In this document: positions 1-15,000 of the stretch, piece after piece | How the letters are laid out: every line of letters starts with the position of its first letter | Numbering within the stretch: the stretch's first letter is position 1 | Assembly: GCF_963921235.1 (NCBI RefSeq) | Contig: NC_086108.1 | Span: 5,146,001 to 5,210,000 of the forward strand | Length of the DNA stretch: 64,000 nt | Source: Mobula hypostoma | Taxonomy: Eukaryota | Reading direction: 5' to 3' | Position numbers and translations under genes: made by a program | Notes under the pieces: model-generated | Told to the model about the DNA's origin: nothing | What the model saw: the letters and a program-made list of their open reading frames with translations, nothing else | Database searches by the model: none

Positions 1-3000
1 AATCCCTGTACGAGTGTCAGTGGTTACAGTGACGGGGGGGAATCCCTGTACGAGTGTCAGTGGTTACAGTGAGGGAGGGAATCCCTGTACGAGTGTCAGT
101 GGTTACAGTGAGGGCAGGGGGGAATTCCCGTACGAGTGTCAGTGGTTACAGTGAGAGGGGGTATCCCTGTACGAGTGTCAGTGGTTACAGTGAGGGGGGA
201 ATCCCTGTACGAGTGTCAGTGGTTACAGTGACGGGGTGGAATCCCTTACGAGTGTCAGTGGTTACAGTGAGGGAGGGAATCCCTGTACGAGTGTCAGTGG
301 TTACAGTGAGGGGGAGGGAGGAATCCCTGTACGAGTGTCAGTGGTTACAGTGAGAGGGGGAATCCCTGTACGAGTGTCAGTGGTTACAGTGAGGGAGGGA
401 ATCCCTGTACGAGTGTCAGTGGTTACAGTGAGGGGGGAATCCCTGTACGAGTGTCAGTGGTTACAGTGAGGGGGGGAATCCCTGTACGAGTGTCAGTGGT
501 TACAGTGAGGGGAGGAATCCCTGTACGAGTGTCAGTGGTTACAGTGAGGGGGGATCCCTGTACGAGTGTTAGAGGTTACAGTGATGGGGTGGAATCCCTG
601 TACGAGTGTCAGTGGTTACAGTGACGGGGGAATCCCTGTACGAGTGTCAGTGGTTACAGTGAGGGAGGGAATCCCTGTACGAGTGTCAGTGGTTACAGTG
701 AGGGGAGGGGGGAATTCCCGTACGAGTGTCAGTGGTTACAGTGAGAGGGGGAATCCCTGTACGAGTGTCAGTGGTTACAGTGAGGGGTGGGGGAATCTCT
801 GTACGAATGACAGTGGTTACAGTGAGGGGGGGGAAATCCCTGTACGAGTGTCAGTGGTTACAGTGAGGGGGGGAATCCCTGTACGAGTGTCAGTGGTTAC
901 AGTGAGGGGGGATCCCCGTACGAGTGTCAGTGGTTACAGTGGGGGGGAGGAATCCCTGTACGAGTGTCAGTGGTTACAGTGACGGGGGGTAATCCTTTAC
1001 GAGTGTCAGTGGTTACAGTGAGGGAGGGAATCCCTGTACGAGTGTCAGTGGTTACAGTGAGGGGAGGGGGGAATTCCCGTACGAGTGTCAGTGGTTACAG
1101 TGAGAGGGGGAATCCCTGTACGAGTGTCAGTGGTTACAGTGAGGGGGGGGGGGAATCCCTGTACGAGTGTCAGTGGTTACAGTGGGGGGGGGGAATCCCT
1201 GTACGAGTGTCAGTGGTTACAGTGACGGGGTGGAATCCCTTACGAATGTCAGTGTTTACAGTGAGGGGGAGGGAATCCCTGTATGAGTGTCAGTGGTTAC
1301 AGTGAGGGGGGAATCCCTGTACGAGTGTCAGTGGTTATAGTGAGGAGAGGAATCCCTGTAAGAGTGTGAGTGGTTATAGTGAGGAGAGGAATCCCTGTAC
1401 GAGTGTCAGTGGTTACAGTGGGGGGGGGAATCCCTGTACGAGTGTCAGTGGTTACAGTGAGGGCGGGGGTATCCCTGTACGAGTGTCAGTGGTTACAGTG
1501 AGGGCGGGGGGTATCCCTGTACGAGTGTCAGTGGTTACAGTGAGGGGGGGGTATCCCTGTACGAGTGTCAGTGGTTACAGTAAGGGGGGGGGAAATCCCT
1601 GTACGAGTGTCAGTGGTTATTGTGAGGGGGGGAATCCCTGCACGAGTGTCAGTGGTTACAGTGAGGGGAAGAATCGCTGTACGAGTGTCAGTGGTTACAG
1701 TGAGGGGGGATCCCTGTATGAGTGTCAGTGGTTACAGTGACGGGGTGGAATCCCTTACGAGTGTCAGTCGTTACAGTGAGGGGGAGGGAGGAATCCCTGT
1801 ACGAGTGTCAGTGGTTACAGTGAGAGGGGGAATCCCTGTACGAGTGTCAGTGGTTACAGTGAGGGGGGAATCCCTGTACGAGTGTCAGTGGTTACAGTGA
1901 GGGGGGGAATCCCTGTACGAGTGTCAGTGGTTACAGTGACGGGGGTTTTCCTTTACGAGTGTCAGTGGTTACCGTGAGGGAGGGAATCCCTGTACGAGTG
2001 TCAGTGGTTACAGTGAGGGGAGGGGGGAATTCCAGTACGAGTGTCAGTGGTTACAGTGAGAGGGGAAATCCCTATACGAGTGTCAGTGGTTACAGTGAGG
2101 GGGGGGGAATCCCTGTACGAGTGTCAGTGGTTACAGTGAGGGGGAGGGAGGAATCCCTGTACGAGTGTCAGTGGTTACAGTGAGGGGAGGAATCGCTGTA
2201 CGAGTGTCAGTGGTTACAGTGAGGGGGGGAATCCCTGTACGAGTGTCAGTGGTTACAGTGAGGGGGGGAATCCCTGTACGAGTGTCAGTGGTTACAGTGA
2301 CGGGGGGTTTTCCTTTACGAGTGTCAGTGGTTACAGTGAGGGAGGGAATCCCTGTACGAGTGTCAGTGGTTACAGTGAGGGGAGGGGGGAATTCCCGTAC
2401 GAGTGTCAGTGGTTACAGTGAGAGGGGGAATCCCTGTACGAGTGTCAGTGGTTACAGTGAGGGGTGGGGTAATCTCTGTACGAATGACAGTGGTTACAGT
2501 GAGAGGGAGGAATCCCGGTACGAGTGTCAGTGGTAACAGTGAGGGGGGAAATCCCTGTACGAGTCTCAGTGGTTACAGTGACGGGGGGGAGTCCCTGTAC
2601 GAGTGTCAGTGGTTACAGTGAGGGGTGCGGGAATCCCTGTACGAGTGTCAGTGGTTACAGTGAGGGGGGGAATCCCTGTACGAGTGTCAGTGGTTACAGT
2701 GGGGGGGTGGAATCCCTGTACGAGTGTCAGTGTTTACAGTGAGGGGGGGTATCCCTGTAAGAGTGTCAGTGGTTACAGTGAGGGGACGAATCGCTGTACG
2801 AGTGTCAGTGGTTACAGTGAGGGGGGATCCCTGAACGAGTGTCAGTGGTTATAGTCAGTGGGGGGAATCCCTTTACGAGTGTCAGTGGTTACAGTGAGAG
2901 GGGGAATCCCTGTATGAGTGTCAGTGTTTACAGTGAGGGGGAGGGAATCCCTGTATGAGTGTCAGTGGTTACAGTGAGGGGGGAATCCCTGTACGAGTGT

Positions 3001-6000
3001 GAGTGGTTATAGTGAGGAGAGGAATCCCTGTAAGAGTGTGAGTGGTTATAGTGAGGAGAGGAATCCCTGTACGAGTGTCAGTGGTTACTGTGGGGGGGGG
3101 GAATCCCTGTACGAGTGTCAGTGATTACAGTGAGGGGGGTATCCCTGTACGAGTGTCAGTGCTTACAGTGAAGGAGGGGTATCCCTGTACTATTGTCAGT
3201 GGTTACAGTGAGGGGGTGAATCCCTCTACAAGTGTCAGAGGTTACAGTGAGGGGGGGGGAATCCCTGTAGAAGTGTCAGTGGTTACAGTGAGGGGAGGAA
3301 TCGATGTTCGAGTGTCAGTGGTTACAGTGAGGGGGGATCCCTGAACGAGTGTCAGTGGTTACAGTGAGGGGGGAGAATCCCTGTAGAAGTGGCAGTGTTT
3401 ACAGTGAGGGGGGGGAAATCCCTGTACGAGTGTCAGTGGTTACAGTGAGAGGGGCAATCCCTGTACGAGTGTCAGTGGTTACAGTGAGGGGGGGAATCCC
3501 TGTACGAGTGTCAGTGGTTACAGTGAGGGGGGGAACCCTGTACGAGTGTCAGTGGTTACAGTGACGGGGGGAATCCTTCACGAGTGTCAGTGGTTACAGT
3601 GAGGGAGGGAATCCCTGTACGAGTGTCAGTGGTTACAGTGAGGGGGAGGGGGGAATTCCCGTACGAGTGTCAGTGGTTACAGTGAGGGAGGGAATCCCTG
3701 TACGAGTGTCAGTGGTTACAGTGAGAGGTGGAATCCCTGTACGAGTGTCAGTGGTTACAGTGAGGCGTGGGGAAATATCTGTACGAATGACAGTGGTTAC
3801 AGTGAGAGGGGGTAGTCCCTGTACGAGTGTCAGTGGTGACAGTGGGGAGGGGGATCGCTGTACAAGTGTCACTGTATACAGTGAGGGGGAGGGAATCCTT
3901 GTACGAGTGTCAGAGTTTACAGTGAGTGGGTAATCCCTGTACGAGTGTCAGTGGTTACAGCGAGGGGGGAATCCCTGTATGAGTGTCAGTTGTTACAGTG
4001 AGGGGGGAAATCCCTGTACAACTCTTAGTGCTTACAGTGAGGGGGGCAATCCCTGTACGAGTGTCAGTGGTACAGAGAGGGGGGGAATCCGTGCACGAGT
4101 GTCAGAGGTTACAGTGAGGGGGGAATCCCTTTACGAGTGTCAGTGGTGACGGGGGGGGTGGATCGCTGTACGAGTGTCACTGCACACAGTAAGGGGGAGG
4201 GAATCCCTGTATGAGTGTCAGTGGTTACAGTGAGGGGGGAATCCCTGTATGAGTATCAGTGGTTACAGTTAGGAGGGGAATCCCTGTAGGGGTGTCAGTG
4301 GTTACAGTGAGGGAGGAATCCCTGTACGAGTGTGAGTGGTTACAGTGAGGGGTGGAATATCTGTACGAGTGTCAGTGGTTCCAGTGAGGGGGGGGGAATC
4401 CCAGTACGAGTGTCAGTGGTTACAGTGAGGGGAGATCCCTGTATGAGTGTCAGTGGTTACAGTGACGCGGTGGAATCTCTTACGAGTGTCAGTGGTTACA
4501 GTGAGGGAGGGAATCTCTGTACGAGTGTCAGTGGTTACAGTGAGGGGGAGGGAGGAATCCCTGTACGAGTGTCAGTGGTTACAGTGAGAGGGGGAATCCC
4601 TGTACGAGTGTCAGTGGTTACAGTGAGGGAGGTAATCCCTGTACGAGTGTCAGTGGTTACAGTGAGAGGGGACACCCTGTACGAGTGTCAGTGGTTACAG
4701 TGAGGGGGGGAATCCCTGTACGAGTGTCAGTGGTTACAGTGAGGGGAGGAATCGCTGTACAAGTGTCAGTGGTTACAGTGAGGGGGGATCCCCGTACGAG
4801 TGTCAGTGGTTACAGTGGGGGGGAGGAATCCCTGTACGAGTGTCAGTGGTTACAGTGACGGGGGTTTTCCTTTACGAGTGTCAGTGGTTACCGTGAGGGA
4901 GGGAATCCCTGTACGAGTGTCAGTGGTTACAGTGAGGGGAGGGGGGAATTCCCGTACGAGTGTCAGTGGTTACAGTGAGAGGGGGAATCCCTGTACGAGT
5001 GTCAGTGGTTACAGTGAGGGGTGGGGGAATCTCTGTACGAATGACAGTGGTTACAGTGAGGGGGGGGGAAATCCCTGTACGAGTGTCAGTGGTTACAGTG
5101 AGGGGGGGAATCCCTGTACGAGTGTCAGTGGTTACAGTGAGCGGGGGGAATCCCTGTACGAGTGTCAGTGGTTACAGTGAGGGGGGGGAATCCCTGTACG
5201 AGTGTCAGTGGTTACAGTGAGGGGGGGAATCCCTGTACGAGTGTCAGTGGTTACAGTGAGGGGGGGGGGAAATCCCTGTACGAGTGTCAGTGGTTATTGT
5301 GAGAGGGGGAATCCCTGCACGAGTGTCAGTGGTTACAGTGAGAGGGGGAATCCCTGTACGAGTGTCAGTGGTTACAGTGGGGGGGGGAATCCCTGTACGA
5401 GTGTCAGTGGTTACAGTGAGTGGGGGAATCCCTGTACGAGTGTCAGTGGTTACAGTGAGGGGGGGAATCCCTGTACGAGTGTCAGTGGTTACAGTGGTGG
5501 GCGGGGGGAATCCCTGTACGAGTGTCAGTGGTTACAGTGAGGGGAGGGATCCCTGTACGAGTGTCAGTGGTTACAGTGAGGGGGGGGGAATCCCTGTACG
5601 AGTGTCAGTGGTTACAGTGAGGGGGAGGGAGGAATCCCTGTACGAGTGTCAGTGGTTACAGTGAGGAAGGGAATCCCTGTATGAGTGTCAGTGGTTACAG
5701 TGAGGGGGGCGGGAATCCCTGTACGAGTGTCAGTGGCTACAGTGAGGGAGGTAATCCCTGTACGAGTGTCAGTGGTTACAGTGAGGGGGGGAATCCCTGT
5801 ACGAGTGTCAGTGGTTACAGTGAGGGGAGGAATCCCTGTACGAGTGTCAGTGGTTACAGTGAGGGGGGATCCCCGTACGAGTGTCAGTGGTTACAGTGAG
5901 GGGGGGAATCCCTGTACGAGTGTCAGTGGTTACAGTGAGGGGGGGAATCCCTGTACGAGTGTCAGTGGTTACAGTGAGGGGGTGGAATCCCTGTACGAGT

Positions 6001-9000
6001 GTCAGTGGTTACAGTGAGCGGGGGGAATCCCTGTACGAGTGTCAGTGGTTACAGTGAGGGGAGGAATTGCTGTACGAGTGTCAGTGGTTACAGTGAGGGG
6101 GGAATCCCTGTACGAGTGTCAGTGGTTACAGTGAGGGGGGGAATCCCTGTACGAGTGTCAGTGGTTACAGTGAGTGCGGGAATCCCTGTACGAGTGTCAG
6201 TGGTTACAGTGAGGGGGGAATCCCTGTACGAGTGTCAGTGGTTACAGTGAGGGGGGGAAATCCCTGTATGAGAGACAGTGGTTAGAGTCGGGGGGGAATC
6301 CCTGTACGAGTGTCAGTGGTTACAGTGAGCGGGGGGAATCCCTGTACGAGTGTCAGTGGTTACAGTGAGGGGAGGAATCGCTGTACGAGTGTCAGTGGTT
6401 ACAGTGAGGGGGGGAATCCCTGTACGAGTGTCAGTGGTTACAGTGAGGAAGGGAATCCCTGTACGAGTGTCAGTGGTTACAGTGACGGGGTGGAATCCCT
6501 GTACGAGTGTCAGTGGTTACAGTGAGGGGGGGAATCCCTGTACGAGTGTCAGTGGTTACAGTGAGGGGAGGAATCCCTGTACGAGTGTCAGTGGTTACAG
6601 TGAGAGGGGGAATCCCTGTACGAGTGTCAGTGGTTACAGTGAGGGGGGGAATCCCTGTACGAGTGTCAGTGGTTACAGTGAGGGGAGGAATCCCTGTACG
6701 AGTGTCAGTGGTTACAGTGAGGGGGGAATCCCTGTACGAGTGTCAGTGGTTACAGTGAGGGGGGGAATCCCTGTACGAGTGTCAGTGGTTACAGTGAGGG
6801 GGGGGGGAATCCCTGTACGAGTGTCAGTGGTTACAGTGAGGGGGGGAATCCCTGTACGAGTGTCAGTGGTTACAGTGAGGGGGGGAATCCCTGTACGAGT
6901 GTCAGTGGTTACAGTGAGGGGGGGAATCCCTGTACGAGTGTCAGTGGTTACAGTGAGGGGGGGGGGAATCCCTGTACGAGTGTCAGTGGTTACAGTGTGG
7001 GGGGGAATCCCTGTACGAGTGTCAGTGGTTACAGTGAGGGGGGGAATCCCTGTACGAGTGTCAGTGGTTACAGTGAGGGGGGAATCCCTGTACGAGTGTC
7101 AGTGGTTACAGTGAGGGGGGGAATCCCTGTACGAGTGTCAGTGGTTACAGTGAGGGGAGGAATCCCTGTACGAGTGTCAGTGGTTACAGTGAGGGGGGAA
7201 TCCCTGTACGAGTGTCAGTGGTTACAGTGAGGGGGAGGAATCCCTGTACGAGTGTCAGTGGTTACAGTGACGGGGGGGAATCCCTGTACGAGTGTCAGTG
7301 GTTACAGTGAGGGAGGGAATCCCTGTACGAGTTTCAGTGGTTACAGTGAGGGGGAGGGGGGAATTCCCGTACGAGTGTCAGTGGGTACAGTGAGGTAGGG
7401 AATCCCTGTACGAGTGTCAGTGGTTACAGTGAGAGGGGGAATCCCTGTACGAGTGTCAGTGGTTACAGTGAGGGGTGGGGGAATCTCTGTACGAATGTCA
7501 GTGGTTACAGTGAGGGGGGAGTCCCTGTACGAGTGTCAGTGGTGACAGTGGGGAGAGGGATCGCTGTACGAGTGTCACTGTATACAGTGAGGGGGAGGGA
7601 ATCCCTGTACGAGTGTCAGTGGTTATAGTAAGGGGGGAATCCGTGCACGAGTGTCAGTGGTTACAGTGAGGGGGGGGAATCCCTGTACGAGTGTCAGTGG
7701 TTACAGTGAGGGGGAGGGAATCCCTGTACGAGTGTCAGTGGTTACAGTGAGGTGGGAATCCCTGTATGAGTGTCAGTGGTTACAGTGAGGGGGTAATCCC
7801 TGTACGAGTGTGAGTGGTTACAGTGAGGGGAGGAATCCCTGTACGAGTGTCAGTGGTTACAGTGAGGGGGAGGGGAATCCCTGTACGAGTGTCAGTGATT
7901 ACAGTGAGGGGGGAATCCCTGTACGAGTGTCAGTGGTTACAGTGAGGGGGGGGAATCCCTGTACGAGTGTCAGTGGTTACAGTGAGGGGGGGAATCCCTG
8001 TACGAGTGTCAGTGGTTACAGTGAGGGGGGAAACCCTGTACGAGTGTCAGTGGTTACAGTGAGGGAGGGAATCCCTGTACGAGTGTCAGTGGTTACAGTG
8101 AGGGGGGGAATCCCTGTACGAGTGTCAGTGGTTACAGTGAGGGGGGAATCCCTGTACGAGTGTCAGTGGTTACAGTGAGGGGGGAATCCCTGTACGAGTG
8201 TCAGTGGTTACAGTGAGGGGGGGAAATCCCTGTATGAGAGTCAGTGGTTAGAGTCGGGGGGGGGTGTGGGAATCCCTGTACAAAAGTCAGTGGTTACAGT
8301 GAGGGGAGGGATCCCTGTACGAGTGTCAGTGGTTACAGTGAGGGGGGAATCCCTGTACGAGTGTCAGTGGTTACAGTGACGGGGGGGAATCCCTGTACGA
8401 GTGTCAGTGGTTACAGTGAGGAAGGGAATCCCTGTATGAGTGTCAGTGGTTGCAGTGAGGGGGGCGGGAATCCCTGTACGAGTGTCAGTGGCTACAGTGA
8501 GGGAGGTAATCCCTGTACGAGTGTCAGTGGTTACAGTGAGGGGGGGAATCCCTGTATGAGTGTCAGTGGTTACAGTGAGGGGGGGGAAATCCCTGTACGA
8601 GTGTCAGTGGTTACAGTGAGGGGGGGAATCCCTGTACGAGTGTCAGTGGTTACAGTGAGGGGGGAATCCCTGTACGAGTGTCAGTGGTTACAGTGAGGGG
8701 GGGAATCCCTGTACGAGTGTCAGTGGTTACAGTGAGGGGTGGAATCCCTGTACGAGTGTCAGTGGTTACAGTGAGGGGGGATCCCCGTACGAGTGTCAGT
8801 GGTTACAGTGGGGGGGAGGAATCCCTGTACGAGTGTCAGTGGTTACAGTGACGGGGGGGAATCCCTTACGAGTGTCAGTGGTTACAGTGAGGGAGGGAAT
8901 CCCTGTACGAGTGTCAGTGGTTACAGTGAGGGGAGGGGGGAATCCCTGTACGAGTGTCAGTGGTTACAGTGAGGGGGGGAATCCCTGTACGAGTGTCAGT

Positions 9001-12000
9001 GGTTACAGTGAGGGGGGGGAATCCCTGTACGAGTGTCAGTGGTTACAGTGAGGGGGGAATCCCTGTACAAAAGTCAGTGGTTACACTGAGAGGGGTGATC
9101 CCTGTACGAGTGTCAGTTGTTACAGTGAGGGGGGATCCCTGTACGAGTGTCAGTGGTTACAGTGGGGGGGAGGAATCCCTGTACGAGTGTCAGTGGTTAC
9201 AGTGACGGGGGGGAATCCCTGTACGAGTGTCAGTGGTTACAGTGAGGGAGGGAATCCCTGTACGAGTGTCAGTGGTTACAGTGAGGGGAGGGGGGAATTC
9301 CCGTACGAGTGTCAGTGGTTACAGTGAGGGGTGGGGGAATCTCTGTACGAATGACAGTGGTTACAGTGAGAGGGAGGAATCCCGGTACGAGTGTCAGTGG
9401 TTACAGTGAGGGGGGAATCCCTGTACGAGTGTCAGTGGTTACAGTGAGGGGGGGGGAATCCCTGTACGAGTGTCAGTGGTTACAGTGAGGGGGGGGAATC
9501 CCTGTACGAGTGTCAGTGGTTACAGTGAGGGGGGATCCCTGTACGAGTGTCAGTGGTTACAGTGAGGGGGGAATCCCTGTACGAGTGTCAGTGGTTACAG
9601 TGAGGGGGGGAATCCCTGTACGAGTGTCAGTGGTTACAGTGAGGGGGGGAATCCCTGTACGAGTGTCAGTGGTTACAGTGAGGGGGGGAATCCCTGTACG
9701 AGTGTCAGTGGTTACAGTGAGGGGGGAATCCCTGTACGAGTGTCAGTGGTTACAGTGAGGGAGGGAATCCCTGTACGAGTGTCAGTGGTTACAGTGAGGG
9801 GGGGGGAATCCCTGTACGAGTGTCAGTGGTTACAGTGAGGGGGGGGAATCCCTGTACGAGTGTCAGTGGTTACAGTGAGGGGGGGAATCCCTGTACGAGT
9901 GTCAGTGGTTACAGTGAGGGGGGGGGAATCCCTGTACGAGTGTCAGTGGTTACAGTGAGGGGGGGGAATCCCTGTACGAGTGTCAGTGGTTACAGTGAGG
10001 GGGGGGGAATCCCTGTACGAGTGTCAGTGGTTACAGTGAGGGGGGGAATCCCTGTACGAGTGTCAGTGGTTACAGTGAGGGGGGGAATCCCTGTACGAGT
10101 GTCAGTGGTTACAGTGAGGGGGGGGGAATCCCTGTACGAGTGTCAGTGGTTACAGTGAGGGGGGGAATCCCTGTACGAGTGTCAGTGGTTACAGTGAGGG
10201 GGGAATCCCCTGTACGAGTGTCAGTGGTTACAGTGAGGGGAGGAATCCCTGTACGAGTGTCAGTGGTGACAGTGAAGGAGGGGAATCCCTGTACGAGTGT
10301 CAGTGGTTACAGTGAGGGGGGGAATCCCTGTACGAGTGTCAGTGGTTACAGTGGGGGGGGAATCCCTGTACGAGTGTCAGTGGTTACAGTGAGGGGGGAA
10401 TCCCTGTACGAGTGTCAGTGGTTACAGTGAGGGGGGGAAATCCCTGTACGAGTGTCAGTGGTTCCAGTGAGGGGAGGGGAATCCCTGTACGAGTGTCAGT
10501 GGTTACAGTGAGGGGGGGATCCCTGTACGAGTGTCAGTGGTTACAGTGAGGGGGGAATCCCTGTACGAGTGTCAGTGGTTACAGTGAGGGGGGGAATCCC
10601 TGTACGAGTGTCAGTGGTTACAGTGAGGGGGGGAATCCCTGTACGAGTGTCAGTGGTTACAGTGAGGGGGGGAATCCCTGTACGAGTGTCAGTGGTTACA
10701 GTGAGGGGGGGGGGATCCCTGTACGAGTGTCAGTGGTTACAGTGACGGGGGGGAATCCCTGTACGAGTGTCAGTGGTTACAGTGAGGGGGAGGGGGGAAT
10801 TCCCGTACGAGTGTCAGTGGTTACAGTGAGAGGGGGAATCCCTGTACGAGTGTCAGTGGTTACAGCGAGGGGGGAATCCCTGTACGAGTGTCAGTGGTTA
10901 CAGTGAGGGGGGAATCCCTGTACGAGTGTCAGTGGTTACAGTGAGGGGGGGAATCCCTGTACGAGTGTCAGTGGTTACAGTGAGGGGGGGAATCCCTGTA
11001 CGAGTGTCAGTGGTTACAGTGAGAGGGGGAATCCCTGTACGAGTGTCAGTGGTTACAGTGAGGGGGGGGGAATCCCTGTACGAGTGTCAGTGGTTACAGT
11101 GAGGGGGGAATCCCTGTACGAGTGTCAGTGGTTACAGTGAGGGGGGACATCCCTGTACGAGTGTCAGTGGTTACAGTGAGGGGGGGGAATCCCTGTACGA
11201 GTGTCAGTGGTTACAGTGGGGGGGGGGAATCCCTGTACGAGTGTCAGTGGTTACAGTGAGGGGGGGGTATCCCTGTACGAGTGTCAGTGGTTACAGTGAG
11301 GGGGGGGGGAATCCCTGTACGAGTGTCAGTGGTTACAGTGAGGGGGGGGAATCCCTGTACGAGTGTCAGTGGTTACAGTGAGGGGGGGAATCCCTGTACG
11401 AGTGTCAGTGGTTACAGTGAGGGAGGGAATCCCTGTACGAAGTGTCAGTGGTTACAGTGAGGGGGGAATCCCTGTACGAGTGTCAGTGGTTACAGTGAGG
11501 GGGGGAATCCCTGTACGAGTGTCAGTGGTTACAGTGACGGGGGGGAATCCCTGTACGAGTGTCAGTGGTTACAGTGAGGGGGGGGAATCCCTGTATGAGT
11601 GTCAGTGGTTACAGTGAGGGGGGAATCCCTGTACGAGTGTCAGTGGTTACAGTGAGGGGGGGAATCCCTGTACGAGTGTCAGTGGTTACAGTGAGGGGGG
11701 GAATCCCTGTACGAGTGTCAGTGGTTACAGTGAGGGGGGGAATCCCTGTACGAGTGTCAGTGGTTACAGTGAGGGGGGGGGGAATCCCTGTACGAGTGTC
11801 AGTGGTTACAGTGAGGGGGGAATCCCTGTACGAGTGTCAGTGGTTACAGTGAGGGAGGGGAATCCCTGTACGAGTGTCAGTGGTTACAGTGAGGGGGGAA
11901 TCCCTGTACGAGTGTCAGTGGTTACAGTGAGGGGGGGAATCCCTGTACGAGTGTCAGTGGTTACAGTGAGGGGGGAATCCCTGTACGAGTGTCAGTGGTT

Positions 12001-15000
12001 ACAGTGAGGGGGGGAATCCCTGTACAAGTGTCAGTGGTTACAGTGGGGGGGGGAATCCCTGTACGAGTGTCAGTGGTTACAGTGAGGGGGGAATCCCTGT
12101 ACGAGTGTCAGTGGTTACAGTGAGGGGGGGCGGGAATCCCTGTACGAGTGTCAGTGGTTACAGTGAGGGGGGGAATCCCTGTACGAGTGTCAGTGGTTAC
12201 AGTGGGGGGGGTAATCCCTGTACGAGTGTCAGTGGTTACAGTGAGGGGGGGAATCCCTGTACGAGTGTCAGTGGTTACAGTGAGGGGGGGGGAAATCCCT
12301 GTACGAGTGTCAGTGGTTACAGTGAGGGGGGGAATCCCTGTACGAGTGTCAGTGGTTACAGTGAGGGGGGGAATCCCTGTACGAGTGTCAGTGGTTACAG
12401 TGAGGGGTGGAATCCCTGTACGAGTGTCAGTGGTTACAGTGAGGGGGGAATCCCTGTACGAGTGTCAGCGGTTACAGTGAGGAGGGAATCCCTGTACGAG
12501 TGTCAGTGGTTACAGTGAGGGGGAGGGGGGAATCCCTGTACGAGTGTCAGTGGTTACAGTGAGGGAGGGAATCCCTGTACGAGTGTCAGTGGTTACAGTG
12601 AGAGGGGGAATCCCTGTACGAGTGTCAGTGGTTACAGTGAGGGGTGGGGGAATCTCTGTACGAATGACAGTGGTTACAGTGAGAGGGGGGAATCCCGGTA
12701 CGAGTGTCAGTGGTTACAGTGAGGGGGGAATCCCTGTACGAGTGTCAGTGGTTACAGTGAGGGGGGGGATCCCTGTACGAGTGTCAGTGGTTACAGTGAG
12801 GGGGAGGGAATCCCTGTATGAGTGTCAGTGGTTACAGTGAGGGGGGAATCCCTGTACGAGTGTCAGTGGTTACAGTGAGGGGGGGAATCCCTGTACGAGT
12901 GTCAGTGGTTACAGTGAGGGGGGAAACCCTGTACGAGTGTCAGTGGTTACAGTGAGGGGAGGAATCGCTGTACGAGTGTCAGTGGTTACAGTGAGGGGGG
13001 GAATCCCTGTACGAGTGTCAGTGGTTACAGTGAGGGGGGAATCCCTGTACGAGTGTCAGTGGTTACAGTGAGGGGGGGAATCCCTGTACGAGTGTCAGTG
13101 GTTACAGTGAGGGGAGGGGGGAATTCCCGTACGAGTGTCAGTGGTTACAGTGAGGGAGGGAATCCCTGTACGAGTGTCAGTGGTTACAGTGAGAGGGGGA
13201 ATCCCTGTACGAGTGTCAGTGGTTACAGTGAGGGGGGGGAATCCCTGTACGAGTGTCAGTGGTTACAGTGAGAGGGGGGAATCCCTGTACGAGTGTCAGT
13301 GGTTACAGTGAGGGGGGAATCCCTGTACGAGTGTCAGTGGTTACAGTGAGGGGGGGAATCCCTGTACGAGTGTCAGTGGTTACAGTGAGGGGGGGGAATC
13401 CCTGTACGAGTGTCAGTGGTTACAGTGAGGGGGGAATCCCTGTACGAGTGTCAGTGGTTACAGTGAGGGGGGAATCCCTGTACGAGTGTCAGTGGTTACA
13501 GTGAGGGGGGGGAATCCCTGTACGAGTGTCAGTGGTTACAGTGAGGGGGGGAATCCCTGTACGAGTGTCAGTGGTTACAGTGAGGGGGGAATCCGTATAC
13601 GAGTGTCAGTGGTTACAGTGAGGGGGTAATCCCTTTACGAGTGTCTGTGGTTACAGTGAGGGGGGAATCCCTGTATGAGTGTCAATGGTTACAGTGAGGG
13701 GGGGAATCCCTCTACTAGTGTCAGTGGTTACAGTGAGGGGGGGGAATCCCTGTACGAGTGTCAGTGGTAACAGTGAGGGGGGGAATCCCTGTACAACTGT
13801 CAGTGGTTACAGTGAGGGGGGAATCCCTGTATGAGTGTGAGTGGTTAATGTGAGGGGGAAATCCGTATACGAGTGTCACTGGTTACAGTGAGGGGGAGGG
13901 AATCCCTGTACATGAGTCAGTGGTTATAGTGAGGGGGGAATCCCTGTACGAGTGTCAGTGGTTACAGTGAGGGGGGGAATCCCTGTACGAGTGTCAGTGG
14001 TTAAAGTGAGGGGGGATTCCTTGTACGAGTGTCAGTGGTTACAGTGAGGGGGAGGAATCCCTGTACGAGTGTCAGTGATTACAGTGAAGGGTGTATCCCT
14101 GTAGGGGTGTCAGTGGTTACAGTGAGGGGGGGAATCCCTGTACGAGTGTCAGTGGTTACAGTGAGGGGGGGAATCCCTGTACGAGTGTCAGTGGTTACAG
14201 TCAGGGGAGGAATCGCTGTACGAGTGTCAGTGGTTACAGTGAGGGGGGATCCCTGTACGAGTGTCAGTGGTTACAGTGGGGGGGGGAATCCCTGTACGAG
14301 TGTCAGTGGTTACAGTGAGGGGGGGAATCCCTGTACGAGTGTCAGTGGTTACAGTGAGGGGGGGAATCCCTGTACGAGTGTCAGTGGTTACAGTGAGGGG
14401 GGGGAATCCCTGTACGAGTGTCAGTGGTTACAGTGAGGGGGGAATCCCTGTACGAGTGTCAGTGGTTACAGTGAGGGGGTAATCCCTGTACGAGTGTCAG
14501 TGGTTACAGTGAGGGGGGAATCCCTGTACGAGTGTCAGTGGTTACAGTGAGGGGGGGGAATCCCTGTACGAGTGTCAGTGGTTACAGTGAGGGGGGGAAT
14601 CCCTGTACGAGTGTCAGTGGTTACAGTGGGGGGGGGAATCCCTGTACGAGTGTCAGTGGTTACAGTGAGGGGGGAATCCCTGTACGAGTGTCAGTGGTTA
14701 CAGTGAGGGGGGGAATCCCTGTACGAGTGTCAGTGGTTACAGTGAGGGGGGGGAATCCCTGTACGAGTGTCAGTGGTTACAGTGAGGGGGGAATCCCTGT
14801 ACGAGTGTCAGTGGTTACAGTGAGGGGGGGGAATCCCTGTACGAGTGTCAGTGGTTACAGTGAGGGGTGGGGGAATCCCTGTACGAGTGTCAGTGGTTAC
14901 AGTGAGCGGGGGGAATCCCTGTACGAGTGTCAGTGGTTACAGTGAGGGGGGAAACCCTGTACGAGTGTCAGTGGTTACAGTGAGGGGGGGGGATCCCTGT